Assembly (NCBI GenBank): GCA_904063045.1 | Contig: CAJFCJ010000019.1 | Location: 3,540,684 to 3,604,683, forward strand | Length of the DNA stretch: 64,000 nucleotides | Source of the DNA: Dimorphilus gyrociliatus | Lineage: Eukaryota; Animalia; Annelida | Direction: 5' to 3' | Shown: positions 48,446 through 59,982 of the stretch, piece by piece | Layout of the letters: every line of letters starts with the position of its first letter | How positions within the stretch are numbered: the stretch's first letter is position 1 | Made by a program: the position numbers and the translations under genes | The notes under the pieces: model-generated | The model's database searches: none | What the model was told of the DNA's origin: nothing | What the model saw: only the letters and a program-made list of their open reading frames with translations

Positions 48446-49351
48446 ATCGAAATAAATCTCCCTTTTTCTCATCAATCCCGCAAAGGAACCAATTGAAGAG
48501 AAAAGCAAAACAAACCTAGTCTGCACAGCAACCTTGTCCTCTTAAGGAAATAAGTTTATTTTTAATTTTGCAAAAGATAGCAACAAAAATAACATAAAAG
48601 TTAAAAAAAAAGAGGAAAAAAAATACAAACCGTCAAAAAGGAAGAAAACTTTTTAAATTGAAAATGACATAAAGATTTTCTATTTCCTTATTCATGTATT
48701 ATTATCTTTTAAAATATCTCATGTTTTTTATTCAATATATACTAAGGTATGTTATTATCCTATTATTAAAATAAGAAGAAAACAGACAGAAGTATGTATG
48801 TACGTGTGGTTGTGTGTATGTATATATGTATGTATGTATACTGTATATATGTGAATAAATTTTATGGATACGTATATGCATTACTAAAGATTTTGTGACT
48901 GCATATTGTATTATGGGAAATATAGAATATTAATTTTATATAGTTTGTAATACATTACAAGTACATACTGTATTATAGAGTAAATTCATACGGAATTTTT
49001 TCCCATTTATCTATAGTTATCTTACTTTCTTTTTGCATATTATCTAATATTTACAAAACAGAAATTATAGACTTACTTACGTTGTCAAGTGTTCAAATAA
49101 ACACTAATATAAGTCCCTAAAGCAATTGTTTGTAACTTATTGGCTTATAATCATTGAATGATTACATAGAAAGAGGTCTTTGTTAGGAAGATTTGATAAC
49201 GTCATTCAATCGTTCTTTATCTACGTAATTACCGTATGTAGAAGGTACGTTTTTAATTAGGAGTAACAAGGATTTTACTAATACTCTCAGGCCAAAAAAA
49301 TTAAATAAAAGGCTTGTGAAACGTATTCAAAAGCTTATTTTCAAAAAAAAA

Positions 49352-50994
49352 ATGTCATCACCGCCCGCTTTTGGTAAAGAATTAAGGGAGCAAGAATTTT
49401 ATCTTACTTCCGACTATGCCCTACTCAACAATGGATCGTATGGAGCAGCCCCAAAGCGAGTAATCGCTGTCAAACACCAGTTAGCAGTTTCTACAATAAT
49501 TAGTTTGCAATTATAGAATATTCAAAATTTAAATAATTTAATTAGACATGAAGAGGATATGGAAAAAAATCCAGATAACTGGTACGCAAGAATACGACCA
49601 GATTTAGAAGCTGAAGGTTTGAGAAAGTTAAGTGAATTCGTTGGCGCTAAAGTTGAAAATTTAGCATTCGTTGAAAATGCAACAAGAGGTATGAAAAATT
49701 ATTTGTAACACATTTACTATTAACGTAAACTTAACAATAGGCTGTAACGATGCTTTAAAATGTCTAAATCTCCAAGCTGGTGACGGTATACTTATAAATA
49801 ACTTTACATATCTGGCAATACAGAACGCTGTCGAATATATTAAAGATTTCAACGGTATATCATCAATCGCCACCAGATTTGATGTATTTGAACTTTTCAT
49901 CACGCTTTTCCAGGTGTAACCGTTTTTAAGATTGAGTTAAAATTTCCTTTGAATAGTTTTGAAGATTTAGTAAGGACATTCACAGAGTTTTTGGATGCCC
50001 ACACCAGCATAAAGGTTGTTGTTTTAGGTAATACTTTTACTTTTTTTTATAGGGAAATTCCTTTGATATATTTACGATATTTTTGATTATTTAAGATCAT
50101 ATTTCTTCTATGCCTTCCCTTCTATTTCCTGTGAAACAACTTGCTGAAGTATTTCGTGCAAGAGGCATAAAGACTATCGTTGATGGGGCTCATGTTCCTA
50201 ATCAAATAGATGTTAATATTGAAGATTTAAAAGTTGACTTTTACATAGCTAATCTTCATAAATGGACATTCGCAAGTCGTGGTTGTGCTTTTATTTATGC
50301 TGCAGAGGAAATGCACAACACCGCTAAACCTGTAGTAACCGCCCTTTACAATTTTGGTTTCCCAGGCGATTTTACATGGCAAGGAGCAAGAGATCATTGC
50401 ACTTATTCATCAGTTTCTGAAGCTTTCAATTTCATAGAATGGTTGGGTGGAAGGGTAAATAAACGAAAATATTTTCCCAGGTGTTAGGGGCGGAAATAAG
50501 CTTATTTATTTATTTATTTCTATTCCTCATAGACAAGAATTGAAGAATATACTAAAGATTTGGGAGATTGGACTGCAAATGAATTAACAAGTACATGGCA
50601 AACTGATATGTTACCAATTGGTAATGAATTAGTGCCTAACTGCTTGAGAACTATTAGAATACCAGACACGAAGGCTTTTCCAAAGACTCCAGAAGGAACA
50701 AGCTTATTGGTAACTGCACTGAGGGAGCTATATAAGATAAGAGCAAACATAGGATACTTTAGATCTTTGGTAAATGGTATATTTTCGAATAGCAAGTTTA
50801 TTTAAAATCATTTACGCTTTCAGAACAACATGTACGTTCGTGTAAGCTGTGCCGCTTACGTGGATAGAGAAGATATTGCAAAATTTAGAGATGCAATGAT
50901 GGAACTAAAAGATTTAGAACCAGAAGATCAAAAAATCATTGACATGAAAAACATCAAGGAGGACCGAAGTTTAGATGATTTTCTTTACGATTAA
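49352..50994 (+). CDS. PLP-dependent class V aminotransferase-fold C-S lyase (Egt2/EgtE hercynylcysteine sulfoxide lyase, L-cysteine desulfhydrase, isopenicillin N epimerase family); multi-exon
   Basis: LLNNGSYGAAP, FVENAT, DHISS.P, VDGAH, NLHKW (PLP lysine codon 50260-50262), WQGARD and YVRVS; stop TAA 50992-50994. Confidence 0.9.
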
Positions 50995-51091
50995 TAAAGA
51001 AGAGAATTTCTAGAAAGATCATCTAAAGATTAATTAATTACCATAGTAATAATGATTCATTAATTGTCCTCTTTTTGTTAACAGTCCTTAA

Positions 51092-53626
51092 TTATAATTT
51101 CGATTTGATTTGAAGTGGTTTAATATATTTCTGGAAAGCAGGTTGAACCTAAGGTAGATAATAGAGATGTATTAGCTTCCTTTTAAAATTTGTTTATTAG
51201 TTTACTTACCTGAAGTTTATTTAATGGAGATATTTGAGCTTCGTTGTATAATCTATCATAAGCCCAGCCATCATAACAACCGATTGCCGACTTTAATTGT
51301 TCATCTTCCATATCAAATGCATCTACCAATGGAATGACATCTTTTCTAAGTGATGTTAAGTATTCACAGTGCCGTTCTCTGATAACGTCCAAATTCTTAA
51401 TCGTAACTGCTCCGCTCTAGAAAAGATGAAAAAAGCGAGATAGATAGAGAAACATTAAATACAATTTGCGTTAAATAATTACTTCTACATAATCTATAGC
51501 TCCCTCTAGTATTCTCTGATAGAAGTAGACTTTTAGTAATTTCTCCAGCATCGGTACCAAATCGGGATAAATAGTAGAGGATTTTTGAAATGCTCTCATA
51601 AACATATCGGCTCCGATACATTCAACATGTGCTTTTGCGGCATTCACTAGCTCTTGCGAGCATTTATTCCAAGCAATTCCTTGATTTTCGCCCGACATTA
51701 GAAGGTTTTGAAATTTTTCGGCAACCCGTTTGGCTTGACTAAATTAAACAACACACTTAAAATATAAACAATCAGTTTTACTCTCATAACTTACAAGGAA
51801 GATCTTATTTGTAAAATTTTACATAATCCTGTTAAAGTCTCTATCGAAATTGGTCCATTTGTAGGTTCGCTAACGTATTGAAGTGAGGGAGGAAGACCTT
51901 CCCCTTTAAGAGCGAATGAGGATACTTTCTTCAAAATATATCTATAAGTTTAATAGAAAAAGTTATGAATTAAACTTTAAAAGAATGATTTACAATGCTA
52001 TTTACCTAGCAACCTGAAGGTACAATATAGTATTTTCTCCTTCGACTGTTACTACAGGCAAATGGTCGACATACAAGTTAGAAAGGCCCGATGATGCTAG
52101 GTATCCGTGACCGCCACAAGCTCGTCTAGAAACTTCAATACCATCCGAAGAAATTTCGGAACAGAAAGCCTTCAGTCCACATGTAATTGTATGTAATTCG
52201 AGTAAATTTGTCCAATTGTCGACAGATATCTCTTGGAAGACTTTGTGATAATAGTCAGCAGTTGACATTGATATTAAAGTCAGGGCATAAGCATTTACTA
52301 TATTGCCAGTTATCTTATACTGTTGAGTAACGTAATCCATCACTTTAACCTCTTCTCCCCTATAATATAAGGAAAACAGTTGAATGAAGACTAAATAGTT
52401 TAATGGAAAAGTTAAAGAATTATACTTTGAATCTAAGTGACCTTGTCTTCGGACGCAAGAATATCGTCCAGATATTGTTGCTGCGGCCTTTTTGTTTAAA
52501 ATATTCATTTAGCAAATTAGTCTTAAGCTGTACAAATAAAATAGATCACCTGAAGACCGAGGGCTGAAATTCTCACAAAACCTGACCTTAATAAGGTCAT
52601 AGCTCCGTAATTAGCTTTAGGATCTCCGTGTTGAATATATCTACCGTTTCTATCCACTTCTGAATATTTCATAAGCATATTTGTTCGAGGTATTCGGACA
52701 TTTTTCAGAATTAGATATCCATTATCAGAGCCAAGAAGACCCATTTTAGGTCCAATATCTCCAACTTGAACTCCGAGAAGAGGCTCATGGGTTTCCATAT
52801 CACGAATCGGAACCAGGAAAGCTTCAAGGCCCTTGTACTGATTGTCTACATACAAACTGGCAAGAACGATAGCGCAGTTCATAGTTTTTCCCACTGTTAA
52901 ATTATATAACATTTTATCAAGATAGAATATAAAGGAAAAGTTGATCTCTTACATCCTCCTGGCCACCATTTTATTCCATCTGGAAAAGGATTATTTAAAA
53001 CAAATTGATTATTTTCCTGGTCAAAATCAGCTCTTGTCTTCAAGTCTCTTATGTTAGTACCATGTCCCAATTCAGTTTGGGCATAAGTTCCCAATAATTT
53101 ATAAGATTTTGCCAGAGGCAACCATTTCTGTTTTTGCTCATCAGTACACAACCTCTCAAGAGTTGGTATGAACATCATAATCTGCAACGATAGCGGTAAT
53201 CCAGTTGTTAAAAGTCTAAAAATTTAAAATTTTATATGGTTAATTAATGCAATACACACATTTCTAAATATTCATACTCATGTGCTATTGTTAAATCATC
53301 AATATTCCAATTATATTTTGCAACCAATTCAAAAAGGATAACATTCTTCTTTACGGATAAATCATAAATCTCTTCAGCTGATTTTCCATTACTAGTAATA
53401 CCAAATATCTTTTCACCTAAAAGTTGCTTTTCTATTAAATAACAAAAAGAATTTAATTAAAAAATAGTTAAAAGTATATAGTTAAATTTTCATAAAACTT
53501 ACTTATTTGCTTTACGCGTTTTAATTGTTGAACCCCTCCGTGGAGAAATTCTGTCATCTTTGAAACGTTAAAAGAAGCATTACGCCTCTCTACTTCTAGA
53601 TCAGGATTAATAGTTGGTTTTGTCAT
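51092..53626 (-). CDS. ACOX1: Peroxisomal acyl-CoA oxidase 1-like, with PTS1 (-SKL)
   Basis: INPDLEVERRNASF start; YAQTELGHGTN; KWWPGG; GDIGPK; RRACGGHGY; EGENTILYLQVAR (catalytic Glu); last exon VQPAFQKYIKPLQIKSKL*. Confidence 0.93.
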
Positions 53627-54520
53627 AGTGTATGGTAATTCTTCTTAATAGTTGAGACAAGCTTAAATTTTTAATTCAACAATTTTCCTACGAACTTTGC
53701 TCAGTTAACAGAGTCACCATTCGGCAACCTTAAGACCTTCACATTGAATAGAACGCGCTAAACGGAGACTGGTTGGTATTACAGTCTGAATATGAACACA
53801 TTAAATATGAGGAAAATATTAATAACCAGTCTAAAAGGAACTTAAAATTTATGTTTCTAACCTAACTCTTGGCTCTAGCTATCTTTCTAATCCGACTTGA
53901 ATGAACAACAGTTAACGCCAATACTGAAATTAGTTTGTATAAAATAAATAAATCATATAAAATCGGCTTAATGTAGGAAATATTTAGAGTGGGGAACTAG
54001 AATGCCTAGGTTGATATTTAAATATTCAAAGTTAATATACGATTACAAACAAAAACGTTAAAAATCTTATATTTTAATTATAAAGAAGGGAGGTTTGTCC
54101 ATATCAAGTGATTTTTTTTCGAAAGAAATCATATTTTTCACTAAAAAATTAAAATGTAAAACTTGTATTTATACTTTTTATTAAATAATTATTGTAGCAT
54201 TCCTTTATTTCAATTAGTACTTTACATCCAAAGCGGCAATATGAGTAATTACTTCATTATTTCTTTGTTTCAATAGCACATTGTTATTTAGCAATTGTAT
54301 CACCAAAATATGTCGTAAAAGTAGTGACTGTATCAATTACTTGTTTTCATTATTACACTATATATATATGTATATATCCAAAAATTTACAGTAAATAGTG
54401 ACAGTGTGCCATTTATTTTTTAGTTTTTTCAATATAACACTTTATATCCCAACATATCATATGAGATAATTACTGCATCGTTCGTTTTTTCCTGGCTATA
54501 AAAATATATGCAAACAATCT

Positions 54521-55789
54521 TTAAACAATAATTTCCAATTCTCTAGCGTAGGCAATAGCTTTTTCAGCCATTTCGGTTGAAGCGATAACGTCGTCCATCT
54601 AGAATTTATATTAGTAAATAATTGAAAATGTTTGAACGCCTAGTGTATATAATCACCTTCTTTTCCTCTTTCTTAAAAACAAAGCATTTGCCCTCTCTAA
54701 TCCATTGCTTTTTCTCAGCATAGTTGGTCATAGGCTTTTCACTTTCAAAGAAGAGCATACGAGCTGCTTCGCTAAAGTCAATTTTATTATAGGCCTTTTC
54801 CAAACAAGAAGCTATCTCATCTCGAATTGTGTTAAGCAAGATGTTCATGAAAAAGATGTAGCTTTCTGCTGGAACGTTGCCTTTAGCCAGAAAGACCTGT
54901 ATAGAGAAGAATTTTGTGTTAGTATGAACGTTAAAGAGAAATCTAGTATAATCAACCTTATTGTAAGCTCCCTCCATTAAATATTGTTCTATCGATACTG
55001 GATGCCGAATGTAAATGTTTGTATATAATAATTTGATTGGTAATAATTCCATTTCGGTATGAAAGTCTGCCAACTTATTTTGAGCTAACAATCGCAACAG
55101 ATTCAAGCCCAATAGTTCGTGCATAAAGGAAGATTCTTGAAGGTTGTCCCTTAAAATCGGATTGGATAATGAGATAAGCACGTGTTCAAGCGAAAAGAAA
55201 GAAGACTACTTACTTGTAGTCGAAATAATATGTTTTCAGTTGGGACATGTATCTTTCAAAAGCTTCAACATCTTTACAAGCAATTGCATATTGAGCTCCA
55301 ATTTCCAAAAAATTTCCTGAAGTAAAAATGAAAATCTTTAAATTGTTAAAGTAAAAATTTACAAAAAATTGTATGATTTTTTAAAAGAAAAACATTCTTT
55401 TTATCTAAATAATATTTGACATGAGTTGCTAATTTTTTAATACAAAGAAATATCTAAAATCAATCTATGTGAAATACAAATTAAACTTGCTTGCTAATGT
55501 TAATTCTTTTATCGAGACTTCTTCTGATGTAGGTAAGAAGGATAAAGTTGTCAAAGCAATCTGGAATAAATATTAATGTTTAGCGGTTTAGTATATTGAG
55601 CGATGAATAGGCAGTTTTATGAATGAGGTGAACATTATCATATGAAGAGATTATTTGAACGCTAAAAATTTTATCTACCTTCAACTTTGATATTAAACTA
55701 CCACATTTTTCAAGATTTGGAGGCTTTTTATTCCATTCTTGGGATAGAGTATGGTATAAATTTAGAGCTTCTTTAAGTTCAGCATCCAT
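54521..55789 (-). CDS. PSMD8: 26S proteasome non-ATPase regulatory subunit 8 (Rpn12)
   Basis: [66 protein letters not shown]. Confidence 0.96.
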
Positions 55790-56128
55790 TTTAAACTTAC
55801 CAGTTTATATTGAAATTTCTCTTAAGTGCTGCCACCAACCGTCATTTCGTTCAAAAAAGAAATGTCATAATAACTTTTAATAAAGGTCAAAATAGATATT
55901 AAAATATCTAAATAATCTATTATTTGAAAAATGTAATAAAACTATATAATAATAACAAAACTTTTATTTCTATTATTTACTATTTACGTAATAAACTCAA
56001 AAAATTCAATAAAATGTCAGTTAATAAATAGTGTAATAGATTTACTTATGAATCTTACATCATAATAAACATATCCCCAAGTAATTCTTTGAGCATAGCA
56101 TGAAGAGTTTAAAAACTTTGAATAATCA

Positions 56129-57961
56129 TCAAACGTGCGATATTTTTTCACCGTCCGGAGAAATAATTTTAAAAAAGTAAACCTCTTCTCGAGTCACAAC
56201 ACTAGATTTAGAATCGTCTCTTTCACTGCGAGTACTATCGGCATTTTTATCACCTTTAGAAATATTTCCCGTGCCTATTTCTTCTTCATTTATGCAGGTT
56301 TTCTCGATATTTTCCTCTGAATGGAAATAGAAGGTTATTGTAACAAAGAAATAAGTTTATTTGGTTGGGCATTACTTTTTAAATTGAAAAAGATTTATAT
56401 TAGAAAGGGAGAGAGAGAGAGAGAGAGAATATATTGAGTGTTTTGTACTATGTAATCTGAGAAATGTTATTATTACTATTCATAAAATAAACTAATAGAC
56501 AATAAAACACCTTATATTTGACGACAGGCAGAGACTTTATTGTGATAATTTTCTCTCTTTAAAGTCATTAGACAAATTTCTCTTACCGTGTTGTTTGTAA
56601 ACAGGATCGGGTATTGCAGATCCAGTTAAAGCATTCATTATATTATCCTGAAATATTAATACCTATAAGAAGAATTAAGTAAAAGTAAACAATAATTTAC
56701 ATATTTCTCTTTAATAGATTAATAATATTTGTATAACTTTAGATTACAAATTTTGCAAAAATACAATGTTTTCTTTGTTGGTATAAAGTTACAAATTATA
56801 TATAAATTCAATGCTTACAGGTAAAATTAGGTTATTTAATTCGAAATCTGTAATTATTCGGCCTATACAATCTAGTAAAATACCATAGATGCTGTAATAA
56901 AATAGAATGAAGGAGATTGAAATAGGATTAAATTTATTATTCAAGTTAAATAGTATTTTCTTACCAAAAAGCACAAATCATTTCCTCCCTATATTCAATT
57001 TGTTTTTCAGTCTTTCCTGATTTTCCAGAGCTATTATATATCTTAAAATAGTAAATTTAACAAAAACATTAGAAAAACGGTATAGTTAAAATATACAATC
57101 TTCCATCTGTACCTTTTCCAAGTCTTTTAGTTCTTTTATTAATATATTTAATATATTTAGGCTATAATCTAGATTTTTTATCCATATTGGTGACAAACAC
57201 CTTAACAATTCATTGGCTTTTTGTACGATTTTACTCTTTGATTTAATATTTTTCGACCATTTTATAGTAGTTTCAGCGATAACCTTTAAAAGTTTTTATA
57301 TTGGAAAACATGAATATAAATTATTAATTAGACGTTTAGCAAACTTAACAAACCTTGAAATAGTTTTCAACAATTCTCGGATGGCTTTTAACTAATTGAA
57401 CAAAAACGTTTGCACATTTATAAAAAACTTTTTCATCTTCAGTTCTTTCCATCATATCCGATAAAGCTTTGCACATTTCCTGTTAGGCAATTATATTGGT
57501 ATAGATTTTTAAATAACAACTATTAATTAATATACACATATATATATGCTGTATAGATTATTAGCAAGACTATAAATAGGTTTATCTCGTACAGTATGAA
57601 AGGTAGAGTCGTCCATTATTCCAAGCATCTCGTCTAACTGCTAGCTAGTTTGCAACTGATTAACATCTTACAGAAACGTAATAGCTTCAAGATTTTGCTC
57701 AACTAGTTTTACTAATGAAAAAAACACCAACCTGCTGAGCTTTTTCATCTTTTATATTTTGAACGTTATCCGTTATTTTAATTAGCTGTTAACAGGGGGG
57801 AAAATTTTTTATTTACGCAAAATAGTAGGAGGATACTAGGAAAAAAAAGAAAAATAAGATCATTTACCTGCTTAAGATTGTAGAAAGCATCCTTCGAAAC
57901 GATTAGACTCCCTTCCATCCAAGAATTGAGAGACAATAAATAGTTGTACAATGAGAAAAAT
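56129..57961 (-). CDS. Cryptic multi-exon gene (predicted helical protein) with an apparent 1-nt frameshift in a T7 run; 5' end unresolved
   Basis: About nine GT-AG-bounded, phase-consistent exons, e.g. EMCKALSD...ENYFK | VIAETTIKW... | YIIALENQ... | CIYGILLDCIGR...LILP | DNIMNALTGSAIPDPVYKQH | EENIEK...KISHV* (TGA 56129-56131). Only fragments appear in the ORF track. Confidence 0.55.
56406..56428. repeat. (GA)n microsatellite in an intron of the cryptic gene
   Basis: Read directly from the sequence. Confidence 0.9.
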
Positions 57962-59982
57962 CTATTCAAAATAGTCAATTAATTCATTCGAATAAGGGTA
58001 TTGTAGAAAGTGATAGGATAAAAGGGGTATATTCAATCAAACCCCACTTAGTAAAGAGTAAAATGGAGTGATAGAAATAATATATATTCTTTTTTTTTTT
58101 AAGCTTCTTAACCAATAAGAAATGATCAAACTATAAAAAAGAAATATATACTTGTAGGCCTTTTTATATAGCCAATACCACTAACTAACCGACTTTAAAA
58201 GAAACTACCCCTTTCTTCAATTAAATACTTTAAATATTTTCGATATTTTAGGTGAAAGTCTTTACCTGAACAAAGAAAAAATTATTGGTAATAAAAATAT
58301 TCAATATAGTTTTTTCTTAGGGAGAAATTCGTATTGTTGAAGATCTTTGATTCAAAAGAAAATATTCTACAGTACATCTATTTAACTGATAAGGTTTACT
58401 CTATAATAGTATTTATGTAAGATATGAGATAAGTTGTATGTAAAAACTACCTCTTTTCTATGAAAATGTAACGATATTTTGTTATTATTGTTTAATTAAT
58501 AGCTTTATACTAATTAATTAGTCTGTGTATTGAGTTTCTGTTAAAGGTGTATCCTATATATATAAATATATATATATATATATACAGTATAAGCACCTAC
58601 TACCTCTATATTAATCGTATCATTTATTAAATCTTTCTTCGTCTTCATTCCTTTACTTTCCCTTTTTTGTTAATAAAGCATTAAAAAAAGAGGCTCTATA
58701 TTTTCTTCTTTCGACATAATAAAATAAGTGTTATACCTTTAACAAACAAACACTGTTTATCTATTATCTTAAATTTCATTAATATCAAATTTATAAGTTA
58801 ATAAAAGCCTACATTTTTCTTATATTTTACATCAAAATCTTATATAAAATATAAAGAATATACATAAAAAAAATCACAAATCTGTTGAATGATTGTCATA
58901 CGGAAAAGAATGACGAAAAAAAACTTACTTGAATAGAATCCCTATTTGATTTATATCACTCTTAGTAAAATGAGTCTAAGGTATATTTTACTCAATTCCT
59001 ATGTGACCCCGTTATCGTTAATTTAAAAAAAAAAACAACAACAACAACTAATGTCGCATAAACTGTATAACTGTATATATTCATTATAACATTTCAAAAA
59101 AATATTTTTCAAGTAAGCCTATAATTAGCTGGTTCAATTTAGATTAACTTTTTTAAAATAGATATTGCTATGTGCAGTATGGTATAGTAATCAATATAGT
59201 AAACTACAAAATATTAAAAATTATTACTTCTATTAAAAATTCTAATTTCCATAGAGAAGCATTACAATAAATTAATAGGGTTTTAACTGTATATACAGTA
59301 TATTATTAAAGTACTTAGGTTAAACAAATAATAAACTATCTCATTAAATCTTTTGTCTAAAGTATTTTATTACATTATTTAAATATCAAAAAAGTATAAA
59401 ATTGTGTAATTAATTCTTTTCTTTTTTTTTTTTTAAAAAAAAATGTTTCTTTTTTTTGTATTAAATTAAAAATTAGATCCTTTTTTATTCATAATTAACA
59501 ATCAGTATTATAAATTAAATGATAAAATCTATTTTTAAATCTGTATATATAAAAAAAAAAGGAAAAAAAAAAAAATAAAACATTGTAAAAATTATGGTGT
59601 ATGTTTTTTTTTGTCATTTTTTTTTAAATTATGTTTTTTATGTTAAATCTTTAATTTTTGCGCTTTTAATGCATAATTCTTTTCACCATTCCTTAATTTA
59701 TTTTTGTATTATAGCGCAAGTAGAGTTTGTAAAAACGTTCCTTTTTATTATCTTTGTCTCTTTCTCTTCTCCTTGTTCTTATTCTTCTATCCTTTGTCTT
59801 TTCTCTTTCTTTCTTTTTTTTATTTATTCGATAAATATAGGAAAATTGTATTCTTTTTTTTTTCCCTAGTTTAGTATACACTCAATGATTATAACTAATA
59901 ACTGTAAAAACTGTAAATGAGATGTCTATAACGGTATGTAGTCAATAACAATGATTTCTTGTTTATCACAGATAAATAAAAT

